Source of the DNA: Candidatus Nomurabacteria bacterium
Lineage (GTDB): Bacteria > Patescibacteriota > Minisyncoccia > Phycocordibacterales > UBA9973
Assembly: GCA_026396015.1 (NCBI GenBank)
Contig: JAPLXP010000003.1
Span: 105,810-169,809 of the forward strand
Direction of reading: 5' to 3'
Length of the DNA: 64,000 nt
Shown: piece after piece, positions 19,999 to 28,395 of the stretch
Position numbering within the stretch: position 1 is the stretch's first letter
How the letters are laid out: each line of letters starts with the position of its first letter
The notes under the pieces: model-generated
The model's input: only the letters and a program-made list of their open reading frames with translations
What the model was told of the DNA's origin: nothing
Databases searched by the model: none
Position numbers and translations under genes: made by a program

Positions 19999-20133
19999 TA
20001 CAAAATAGGTGGATATGGTTGTCCACAGTTTGGTTTAGTTGTGTTTTTTATATCTACATATGATATAATACACGTATTACAAATTAGGTCGCGTCTTTTC
20101 GAAAAAGACACAATTATTAGTATTTTTAAAAAT

Positions 20134-20535
20134 ATGAAATTAAATTATAAAAAAGGTTTTACATTGATCGAATTGTTGGTTGTTATCGCAATCATTGGTA
20201 TTCTTGCTTCTGTTGTTATGACATCATTGTCATCTGCAAAGACAAAGGCAAATAGAGCATCAGCTCTATCAAGTGCTGCTGGGGTAATGCCAGCAATCGT
20301 TTCATGTGCAGATAATTCAACAGCTACTGTTAATGCACCAACAAATACTTCAATTGGTGGTGGAAGTATTTGTAGTGATTCTTCTAATGTTAATTCAACA
20401 TGGCCAAGTTTAGGTTCAACAGGATATACATATTCTGTTACAAACTTCACTGCTACAACTGGTTCAACATTTAGTGTTAACTCAGCTACTGGTGCAAATA
20501 TAACTTGTAATTCTATAACTGGCTCTTGTCTATAG
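20134..20535 (+). CDS. Type IV major pilin, Ser/Thr-rich
   Basis: KKG|FTLIELLVVIAIIGILA class III signal, C-terminal Cys pairs; ATG 20134. Confidence 0.92.
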   Translation: MKLNYKKGFTLIELLVVIAIIGILASVVMTSLSSAKTKANRASALSSAAGVMPAIVSCADNSTATVNAPTNTSIGGGSICSDSSNVNSTWPSLGSTGYTYSVTNFTATTGSTFSVNSATGANITCNSITGSCL

Positions 20536-20545
20536 TATGTTTTTT

Positions 20546-20573
20546 AAAAAACCACCCATTGGGTGGTTTTTTT
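20546..20573 (+). terminator. Intrinsic terminator after pilin
   Basis: AAAAAACCACCC-att-GGGTGGTTTTTTT. Confidence 0.8.
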
Positions 20574-20605
20574 GTTTTAAATTAGTATTATGTTAAAATC
20601 ATTTA

Positions 20606-21313
20606 ATGGATAAAAAGATACTTTCAGTTGTAATTCCAGCATATAATGAGTCATATACTATAGGTTTAGTTATTGAAAAAGTATTAAATTTAAAATTTAT
20701 CAATCATTGGACAATTGAGCTTATTGTTGTGAATGATGGTTCTACTGATAATACTCTTGAAGTTTTAAGAAAATATCAAGATAAAATTATTTTAATAGAC
20801 AAAAATATAAATGAGGGCAAGGGTTCTGCCGTAAAATATGGACTTAGGGTTGCGAAAGGGGATTACGTTATTATTCAGGATGCAGATTTAGAATATGATC
20901 CAGTGGATTATATGATTTTTTTGCATATGATTGATTCTGGTTATGATGTTGTTTTTGGGTCTAGGGTTTTAAATAAAAATAATATACCTTATAGTAGAGT
21001 ATATTATTATGGTGGGTTGTTATTAACGAAATTATTTAACTTTCTTTTTAAGACAAATTTTACAGATTTAGCTTCCTGTTATAAAATTTTTCCTCGAAAA
21101 TATATAAAGCAAATTATTAAAATTAAAGACAATGATTTTTCTTTTGATTTTTTGGGTATTTCTCATGTTTTGATTTTGAATGAAAAAAATATAATTGAGG
21201 TACCCATTAGATACACCCCTAGATCGTCAAAAGAAGGAAAGAAGTTAAATTTTTTTCACGGTCTAAAAATATTTTTAAGCATTATAAAGTTATATATTAA
21301 TAAATATGAATAA
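20606..21313 (+). CDS. GT2 polyprenyl-phosphate glycosyltransferase (DPM1/GtrB-like)
   Basis: SVVIPAYNE, VNDGSTD, GKGSAV, IQDADLEYDP, GSR. Confidence 0.92.
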   Translation: MDKKILSVVIPAYNESYTIGLVIEKVLNLKFINHWTIELIVVNDGSTDNTLEVLRKYQDKIILIDKNINEGKGSAVKYGLRVAKGDYVIIQDADLEYDPVDYMIFLHMIDSGYDVVFGSRVLNKNNIPYSRVYYYGGLLLTKLFNFLFKTNFTDLASCYKIFPRKYIKQIIKIKDNDFSFDFLGISHVLILNEKNIIEVPIRYTPRSSKEGKKLNFFHGLKIFLSIIKLYINKYE

Positions 21314-22997
21314 TTTTTTACGTATTCTAAAAAATAAATTAGGCTTTTATTTAAATATTTTAAATACGAATAAATTAATATCTTATTTGTGTGTATTTTC
21401 TATATTTTTTGTCATTTTTGCTTTTACTTATATGACTACGAATAATTTATCGTCTAGCGACGATCATTATTTTCATATAAGGTTTGCAGAACAAATGCGG
21501 CAGGTAGGTTTTCTGGATTCTTTTAATAATTTTAAAGCTGTATATTTTAGTAAGAGTGCCCATGGTATATCTTATATGTATTATAATTTTTTGTTTTATT
21601 TATTGTTAATACCATTTACTTTTATTGTTCCACTATATTTAGGTATAAAGTTGTATGCTGTTTTTATTCTAGCTGTTATATCTGTTTCAATGTATTTTGT
21701 TTTCAGGTCATTAAAAATAACAAATGCCTTTCTTTGGACAGCTGGATTCTTTGCTGTTGTTGGTTTGAGTCCATTATTTAGACTTTTTTTATCACGTCCA
21801 TATGTATTAGCGCCTACTATTTTATTGTTTGTATTACTATTTTTACATAAAAAAAAATATGTTCTAGTTTTAATATCGTCTTGTTTGTATGTAATTTGGC
21901 ACGGTGCCACTTTCTTTCTACCTTTTTTTATTGGTTGTAGCTATTTTATCTCAAATATTTTATACACTCGTAAATATAATTGGAAAATTTTAATTTATAC
22001 CTTTAGTGGGGTACTAGGGGGGGTTGCTATTACTTATCTTTTTGGTCATGGATTTTTTACCTATATAAATGATGATCTAATTAGCGTACTGAAAGATTTT
22101 TTAAGTAATAAAAAGATCAATATACCAGAAGGTAATGAATTATACCCTAAGAACTTTTTTGATTTCATAAATCAAAATGTATTATTTTTCTTTTTATTTA
22201 TGGTGTCTATAGTATCTGGTTGTGTAATTTACTTTAAAAAATATACAGATAATAAAAAAGAAAACTTTAGAATTCTTGACGATTCAGATACGCTGGTGCT
22301 GTCCTTATTTTTGATTTCAACTGTTTTTTTTGTTGCAATATCTAGTTTTAGTAATCGTTTTAGTGACTTCTTTATATTTTTCGGGTGGATTTTTATTGTA
22401 TTAATTTTAAATTTAATAATTAAAAACATTAGTTTTAATACTGTAGTGGTTAAAAATGGATTTTTTTCTGGAATATTAATTGCAATGCTTTATTTGTTTG
22501 GGAATAATCTTTTGCAAATCAGGGATTTTTTTGGAAGTAACCCAAATACGTTTGTGAATATTGGTAATTATATTGATAGAAATGTCCCAAAAGGAGATAT
22601 TGTATTTGATACAAATTGGTCATGGTTTCCACAGTTGTATTACTATGCGCCAAATGTTAATTATGTAGTTGGTCTTGAGCCCAAGTTAACATATCAGTAT
22701 AATCAGGAAATTTATTGGTTGTGGTCTCATATTGGTGATGGTTATGTCTGTAATGTTGAATCATGCCAAGATAAGATGGATTCTATTAAAAAATTATCTG
22801 ATGAAAAATTTGCTAAAAAATGGAAAAAAGAGGAGGGGGATGCTATGGCTGAGATATTAATTAATAAATTTAGTAGTCATACAGTAGTAACTTCCAAGGA
22901 CTATAGAGCTTTGAATTTTGTATTACAAAATAATGATAGATTTAAGCTAGAATTAAAAGATAATAATTTATATGTGTATACTGTTTTAAACAAATAA
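21306..22997 (+). CDS. Multi-TM GT-C-like membrane glycosyltransferase
   Basis: About 12 TM segments, DDHYFH in the first external loop, RP motif, C-terminal soluble domain; flanked by GT2 and GtrA. Confidence 0.7.
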   Translation: MNNFLRILKNKLGFYLNILNTNKLISYLCVFSIFFVIFAFTYMTTNNLSSSDDHYFHIRFAEQMRQVGFLDSFNNFKAVYFSKSAHGISYMYYNFLFYLLLIPFTFIVPLYLGIKLYAVFILAVISVSMYFVFRSLKITNAFLWTAGFFAVVGLSPLFRLFLSRPYVLAPTILLFVLLFLHKKKYVLVLISSCLYVIWHGATFFLPFFIGCSYFISNILYTRKYNWKILIYTFSGVLGGVAITYLFGHGFFTYINDDLISVLKDFLSNKKINIPEGNELYPKNFFDFINQNVLFFFLFMVSIVSGCVIYFKKYTDNKKENFRILDDSDTLVLSLFLISTVFFVAISSFSNRFSDFFIFFGWIFIVLILNLIIKNISFNTVVVKNGFFSGILIAMLYLFGNNLLQIRDFFGSNPNTFVNIGNYIDRNVPKGDIVFDTNWSWFPQLYYYAPNVNYVVGLEPKLTYQYNQEIYWLWSHIGDGYVCNVESCQDKMDSIKKLSDEKFAKKWKKEEGDAMAEILINKFSSHTVVTSKDYRALNFVLQNNDRFKLELKDNNLYVYTVLNK

Positions 22998-22998
22998 T

Positions 22999-23580
22999 AT
23001 GAAAACAAAAAATTTTAATGCGATAGATAAGACTATAGCAAAAATGAGATTAAGAAAGGTTTCTCAGTTTGTAAATAAAGATGATGTTGTTTTAGATTTT
23101 GGTTGTGGGTATCAAGCTTTTTTCTTAAAAAGTATTAGTGATAAAATTTCTAAAGGGTGGGGTATTGATTATGAGGTAGAAAATGATGTTAGCTTTAAAA
23201 ATCTAACATTAATGAACCTTAATTACCAGGGAAATTTACCTTTTGAAGATAAAAAATTTGATAAGATTTTTCTATTGGCAGTTTACGAGCATATCCCACT
23301 TGAGAGCACTGTGTCACTTTTGATTGAACTAAAGAGGGTATTGAAAGACAATGGAAAAATAGTGTTAACTATACCAACGCCAAAAGGTAAGTCAGTAATG
23401 GAATTTTTGGCATTTAAATTAGGGGTAATTTCAAGGGCTGAAATTGCTGATCATAAAAAGTATTATTCAAAGGAGGACATTCATGGTGATGCTACTAAAG
23501 CAGGATTATGTTTGAGTTATCATCGTTATTTTCAATTTGGGTGGAACAGTCTACAGGTCTTAGAAAAGAATAATGATTAA
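22999..23580 (+). CDS. Class I SAM-dependent methyltransferase
   Basis: VLDFGCG, GID, LPFED..FD, AVYEHI, RVLKDNG. Confidence 0.9.
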   Translation: MKTKNFNAIDKTIAKMRLRKVSQFVNKDDVVLDFGCGYQAFFLKSISDKISKGWGIDYEVENDVSFKNLTLMNLNYQGNLPFEDKKFDKIFLLAVYEHIPLESTVSLLIELKRVLKDNGKIVLTIPTPKGKSVMEFLAFKLGVISRAEIADHKKYYSKEDIHGDATKAGLCLSYHRYFQFGWNSLQVLEKNND

Positions 23581-23974
23581 TTTTTTCCAAAAAATAAGCA
23601 ATGTTAAATTTGTAAGGTATGTATTTTTTGGCGCAGTCGTTGCATTTTCTGTGTTTTTACTCTTATATTTACTTGTTAACATATTTAACCTATGGTATTT
23701 ACCTGCCTCGGTTATTACATTCTGTTTTGGCGTAATATTAAGTTTTTTATTACATAAATATTTTACATTTAAAGACCATGTAAATAGTAAAAGTAAGCAA
23801 TTTTATATTTTTTTTGTTTATAATATAGGAATTCTTGTTTTGAATACGCTGCTAATGTATATATTTGTTGATGTTTTTGGGTTTTGGTATATGTACTCCC
23901 AAATATCAATAACTATAATCACTGCATTTGTAAATTATCTAATTTTTAATAGGTTTATATTTAGATTTAATTAA
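23573..23974 (+). CDS. GtrA family flippase-like protein
   Basis: Four TM, FVRYVFFG…SFLLHKYFTF…NYLIFNRFIF. Confidence 0.88.
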   Translation: MINFFQKISNVKFVRYVFFGAVVAFSVFLLLYLLVNIFNLWYLPASVITFCFGVILSFLLHKYFTFKDHVNSKSKQFYIFFVYNIGILVLNTLLMYIFVDVFGFWYMYSQISITIITAFVNYLIFNRFIFRFN

Positions 23975-23998
23975 CAAAAACTACCTCTTGGGTGGTTT

Positions 23999-24511
23999 TT
24001 GTTTTTGTATTATAATAAAAAAGGTTTTACATTACTAGAGTTGCTTGTTGTCATTGCGGTTATTGGTATTTTGGCTGCTGTAATAATGGTAAGCGTTTCT
24101 AGTTCTAAAACTAAAGCACAAGTGGCAAATATAAAACAGCAATTTGATAGTATGCGATCACAATCAGATGTATATTATGCAAATAATAATGATTACGGAA
24201 CAGGGTATGCTTATTCTTCTCGTGGGGATAAGTCTGGTACTGGATCTGAAATTTGGGTAAATGATAATTGTGTTACAGATAGTGGTACTGGTATTTTTAG
24301 GCGCTCAACAACTGGTCTTGGTAATCTCATAAACGGTATTTGTAAATCTGGTGCGTCTAGTATTATCGTTGCTGTTGATACTGACCCTGCCACAAAGTGG
24401 GCTATTAAAGTAACTGGTCCGGGTTCAAATTATTTTTGTGAAGATAGCTCTGGTGTTTTGTATTTTCGTACAACTTCTGCTTATAATGTTCTTAATGGCG
24501 TTTGCTCGTAA
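23999..24511 (+). CDS. Second type IV pilin (no ATG; TTG start uncertain)
   Basis: KKG|FTLLELLVVIAVIGILAA, YFCEDSSG; only TTG codons upstream of the cleavage site. Confidence 0.75.
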   Translation: MFLYYNKKGFTLLELLVVIAVIGILAAVIMVSVSSSKTKAQVANIKQQFDSMRSQSDVYYANNNDYGTGYAYSSRGDKSGTGSEIWVNDNCVTDSGTGIFRRSTTGLGNLINGICKSGASSIIVAVDTDPATKWAIKVTGPGSNYFCEDSSGVLYFRTTSAYNVLNGVCS

Positions 24512-24553
24512 TATTTTTATACCTTTTTAAAATTAAAATGCTATAATAAATTT

Positions 24554-25363
24554 ATGTCTACACTCGCATATTTTTTTATTTTTTGTTTTGGTACCATTAT
24601 CGGAAGTTTTCTCAATGTAGTTATCTATCGTTTTAATAGTGGCAAGACTCTAGGGGGTAGGTCCATGTGTATGACATGTAGCAAGACACTGGCATGGTAT
24701 GAGTTAATACCAGTATTTTCTTATTTGTTCCAAGTTGGTAAATGTCGTTCTTGTTCTACTCGCATATCACACCAGTATCCACTGGTTGAATTATTCACAG
24801 GTGTAGTATTTACAATGATTGCGTATCATTTTTATGACATTGTCTTTGTCTCATTCAATCAGTATATATTGCTCGTATCAGTATACATGATGATATTTTC
24901 TCTACTATTGGTCATCTCTGTGTACGATATGCGTCACAAGGTGATTCCAGATCCGCTCGTTTTTGCTTTTATCGTATTTAGTTTTTTTACAATGTTCATC
25001 AGTAGTGTTCCTTTTGGCAATTTATTCGTGCAGCCTAGCATGTCTGCATTTTTGGCTGGACCGCTATACGCTCTACCATTTGCATTGATATGGTTATTGT
25101 CTCGCGGAAGATTTATGGGGCTAGGAGATGCAAAATTAATTCTTGGTATTGGTTGGATGTTCGGTATAGTCCAGGGTGGGGCAGCATTGATGTTGTCTTT
25201 TTGGATTGGTACTATTGTCAGTCTGCTGATTATATTTTTTAGTAAAATGAAATTCTCTATGAATACAGAGATTCCTTTTGGTCCGTTTTTGGCAATCAGC
25301 ACACTCATAGTATTTTTCTTTTCTTTAAATGTATTTGATTTAGCTTCTATCTTTAGTTTTTAA
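24554..25363 (+). CDS. pilD: Prepilin peptidase PilD
   Basis: GSFLNVVIYR, CxxC pairs, YDMRH, MGLGDAKL, IPFGPFL. Confidence 0.95.
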   Translation: MSTLAYFFIFCFGTIIGSFLNVVIYRFNSGKTLGGRSMCMTCSKTLAWYELIPVFSYLFQVGKCRSCSTRISHQYPLVELFTGVVFTMIAYHFYDIVFVSFNQYILLVSVYMMIFSLLLVISVYDMRHKVIPDPLVFAFIVFSFFTMFISSVPFGNLFVQPSMSAFLAGPLYALPFALIWLLSRGRFMGLGDAKLILGIGWMFGIVQGGAALMLSFWIGTIVSLLIIFFSKMKFSMNTEIPFGPFLAISTLIVFFFSLNVFDLASIFSF

Positions 25364-25366
25364 AAA

Positions 25367-26704
25367 ATGATGAATCTTAATAATAAACAAAAGAATAGGG
25401 GAATGACTCTCGTTGAATTGATGGTCGTTCTTGCTATCATGTCTATTATTTCTGCTATTGTTGTTACTAATTATTCAGGATATAAATCTAGTAATTCCAT
25501 CAAGATAACTGCAGACGACATAGCTCTCTCTGTTCGACAAGCTCAGGCTTTTGCTATTGGTGTCAGGTCTACCTCTTCTGATGTCTTTCCTGGGTATGGT
25601 ATTCATTTTGATACGTTTGATAGTGGTTCTGTCGTGAATGTTGAAGTTTTACCAGAATGCTCTGATCACAAGGACAATGATGCAGATATGTATTTTGATA
25701 TAGGTGATCCTTCTTGTCATTCAGATTTTGATACATCAAATGCGTCCAGTTATAATCCAGATTTTAATGATGAGTCTCGTAAATCTCAATGTTCTGATGG
25801 ACTTGATAATGATGGAGATGGGTCTGTGGATATTGACGATCCGCAGTGTCATACAGACAGTGACTCTTCTAATTTTGGCTCTTATAATCCATTGTGGGAC
25901 AACGAATCTTCTCGATCTACACTGGGTACTTTTTTGTGCTCAAATGGTATAGACGATGATTCAGATGGACAGATTGATTACAATGATCCTGATTGTCATA
26001 TTGATAAAAATAATCAAAATATAAATAGTTACAACAAGACTATAAATAGTGAAGGTAATTCTACTCTGAATACTGGCTCTGGTGATGCTGGTGGAGGTGG
26101 TGTTGTTGATCCAAATATTGGTCCAGCTGCTTTTTTATTTAATAACTTGAGTAAAAAAATTGCTCAAAATATTTCTAGTGAATTAAATAATTTTTTAAAG
26201 AATACGACTCCTAGTGTTTTTGCTGATGGTGTTCTCGGTAGTATCTCGGGGAATAGTAATTCCTTTATTTTGTTTGCAGATATTCCTTGTGGTATTGGAG
26301 ATCAAAAAGGTAATAATCAGTATGATTATCCAAATACAAGTTCACCCACACCTTGTGGTGGATCTAGTGCCAGTACAGGTTATGTTTGTGATAGTTCATC
26401 TCTTGTCTCAGGGTATGAGTGTCTGAATATTTTCAATACACCTGGTACAGACAAGATCGTCGGCCTCTGTGTAAATGATGAATGCGAGAATTCCATGTTG
26501 GGTAGCAAGGGTACATTGGATATTGTATTCAACAGACCCAATCCAGATGCTAATTTTTGTTTCAGAATTTTAGGGTCTCTTTCTAGTGGTTGCAGTAATA
26601 ATTCTGCCGAGATATCCCATGCTGGTATTATTGTTCAATCAAGTATAGATGAGAGGACAAAAAAGGTGATCATTTATAGCACAGGTCAGATCAGTGTAGA
26701 ATAA
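25367..26704 (+). CDS. Large minor pilin with three Cys/Asp-rich repeats
   Basis: RG|MTLVEL; CSDHKDNDADMYFDIGDPSCH, CSDGLDNDGDGSVDIDDPQCH, CSNGIDDDSDGQIDYNDPDCH; ends STGQISVE. Confidence 0.85.
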   Translation: MMNLNNKQKNRGMTLVELMVVLAIMSIISAIVVTNYSGYKSSNSIKITADDIALSVRQAQAFAIGVRSTSSDVFPGYGIHFDTFDSGSVVNVEVLPECSDHKDNDADMYFDIGDPSCHSDFDTSNASSYNPDFNDESRKSQCSDGLDNDGDGSVDIDDPQCHTDSDSSNFGSYNPLWDNESSRSTLGTFLCSNGIDDDSDGQIDYNDPDCHIDKNNQNINSYNKTINSEGNSTLNTGSGDAGGGGVVDPNIGPAAFLFNNLSKKIAQNISSELNNFLKNTTPSVFADGVLGSISGNSNSFILFADIPCGIGDQKGNNQYDYPNTSSPTPCGGSSASTGYVCDSSSLVSGYECLNIFNTPGTDKIVGLCVNDECENSMLGSKGTLDIVFNRPNPDANFCFRILGSLSSGCSNNSAEISHAGIIVQSSIDERTKKVIIYSTGQISVE

Positions 26705-26707
26705 TTT

Positions 26708-27283
26708 ATGTCAGAAAAATATTTTAAAAAAAATAATGGTTTTACCTTGATTGAAATAATGGTTTCAATGTCTATTTTTATGATAGTTGTGTTGATGGCA
26801 TTGGGGGCATTGCTTGTGGTGAGTGGTACTGCAAAAAAGTCACGAGCACTACATCAAACTATGGACAATATAAATTTTGCTATGGAGAGTATGACAAGAT
26901 CATTACGAACAGGTACAGATTATAGTTGTATTGATTCTGGAGACTATGTCATATTGCCTCTATCTTATACAGCAGATTGTTCTTTTGGTGGTGATGCTAT
27001 TGCCTTTAGACCTCAAAATAGTAGCTCATCAGATACGATGTATTTGTTTGATCACGATAAATCTGTTTTGAAAAAGTGTACTATTTCTGGGTGTGTAAAT
27101 ATGACATCACCAAATGTGGTAGTAGATGATTTGAAATTCTTTGTAAAAGGAACTGGTTCATCTTTTTTGGGTGATTATACTCAGCCAAGTGTTTTTATCC
27201 GGATGAGTGGGTATGTCATGAATGGTGAAAATAAAGAGCAATTTTATTTACAGACTATGGCTTCACAGCGTAGTGCAGAATAA
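26708..27283 (+). CDS. Minor pilin (PilW-like)
   Basis: NG|FTLIEIMVSMSIF; ends LQTMASQR. Confidence 0.85.
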   Translation: MSEKYFKKNNGFTLIEIMVSMSIFMIVVLMALGALLVVSGTAKKSRALHQTMDNINFAMESMTRSLRTGTDYSCIDSGDYVILPLSYTADCSFGGDAIAFRPQNSSSSDTMYLFDHDKSVLKKCTISGCVNMTSPNVVVDDLKFFVKGTGSSFLGDYTQPSVFIRMSGYVMNGENKEQFYLQTMASQRSAE

Positions 27284-27286
27284 TAT

Positions 27287-27910
27287 ATGTTAAATATTAA
27301 TTATAAAATTTTAAAAAATAACAAAAAAAATCCTCAAATTTTAAGGCAAGGAGGATTTACTCTACTGGAGACATTGATTGCTCTGTTGCTATTGGTTATG
27401 GTTTTGAATCCAGCTTTTACTCTGTTGTCAAATAGTCTTCTTGGTTCAAAATATGCCAAGAATCAGATGACTGCGGATTATTTACTTCAGGAAGTTGTTG
27501 ATTTTATTCGTAATGATAGAGATAGTTTTACTCAGAATAACAAGGATTGGGATGGTTTTGTTAAAAAATATGGATTGGTAGACGGGGGTATGGGTAAAAC
27601 AATCAAATCAGCTTGTGTTATAGAGACATCACCATTGAATAATGTGGTGGATTGTCAGACTATCCCAGATAACTCTGAAAGTTCCGTTCCTCCGGCCACC
27701 CTTTATTACGACAAGAGTAGTGTTTATGGTGGGTACTATACAACAAAATCAAATATTGCAAATGCAACACCTACCATCTTTAAGAGAGAAGTCCTCATGA
27801 CTCTACTCGAGGGGGATGAAGTGGATATATCAGTGACAGTGACATGGAGTGATGGTTTTTCTGAAAAAAAACGTACACTATATAGTAGCTTACTTAATTG
27901 GCAGCAATAA
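27287..27910 (+). CDS. Minor pilin (PilV-like)
   Basis: GG|FTLLETLIA; VTVTW; LLNW end. Confidence 0.85.
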   Translation: MLNINYKILKNNKKNPQILRQGGFTLLETLIALLLLVMVLNPAFTLLSNSLLGSKYAKNQMTADYLLQEVVDFIRNDRDSFTQNNKDWDGFVKKYGLVDGGMGKTIKSACVIETSPLNNVVDCQTIPDNSESSVPPATLYYDKSSVYGGYYTTKSNIANATPTIFKREVLMTLLEGDEVDISVTVTWSDGFSEKKRTLYSSLLNWQQ

Positions 27911-27912
27911 TA

Positions 27913-28392
27913 ATGATAAATAATTTTTTTAAAAAAAAGAATAAAGGATACGCGCTTTTGTATACTGTAGTAATATCAGGTATTATTATGGCGACATCTA
28001 TAGGATTATCCAATTCAGTTACAAAAGAATTGATATTGGCATCTGTGGCAAAAGATTCACAACAAGCTTTTTATCAGGCTGATATTGGTACTGAGTGTGG
28101 TCTGTATTTACAATTTGTTAAGTCTGAGTTTTTGACTCCTGGATCTGAAGGTGTCTTTACTTGCGGATTAAATTCTGAGGGTGAGTCTGTTGTTTTGAAT
28201 ATTGAAGAAAAAGATCCAGTTAATAAAATTTATGACATAACACCTAGAAATGTTCCTTCTGGTCCATGTTTTAATATTCATATGGATGGTACAAATCCAT
28301 CACCAGATACCCTGATTGAGTCTAGTGGGTATAATCAATGTGATAGTAGCGTTCCAAATCGCGTAGAACGTGTTCTTGATGTATACTACTAG
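27913..28392 (+). CDS. Minor pilin (PilX-like)
   Basis: KG|YALLYTVV without Glu5, AFYQADIGTEC, IESSGYN; ATG 27913. Confidence 0.8.
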   Translation: MINNFFKKKNKGYALLYTVVISGIIMATSIGLSNSVTKELILASVAKDSQQAFYQADIGTECGLYLQFVKSEFLTPGSEGVFTCGLNSEGESVVLNIEEKDPVNKIYDITPRNVPSGPCFNIHMDGTNPSPDTLIESSGYNQCDSSVPNRVERVLDVYY

Positions 28393-28395
28393 TAT

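Noticed and set aside
20019-20027. DnaA-box-like TTGTCCACA
   Set aside because: Single imperfect box, no cluster and no dnaA context
20559-24000. TTGGGTGGTTTTT at both ends of the glycosylation cassette as an att-like direct repeat
   Set aside because: A near-identical terminator also occurs at about 48706-48732, so it may just be a common terminator sequence; not usable as insertion evidence alone
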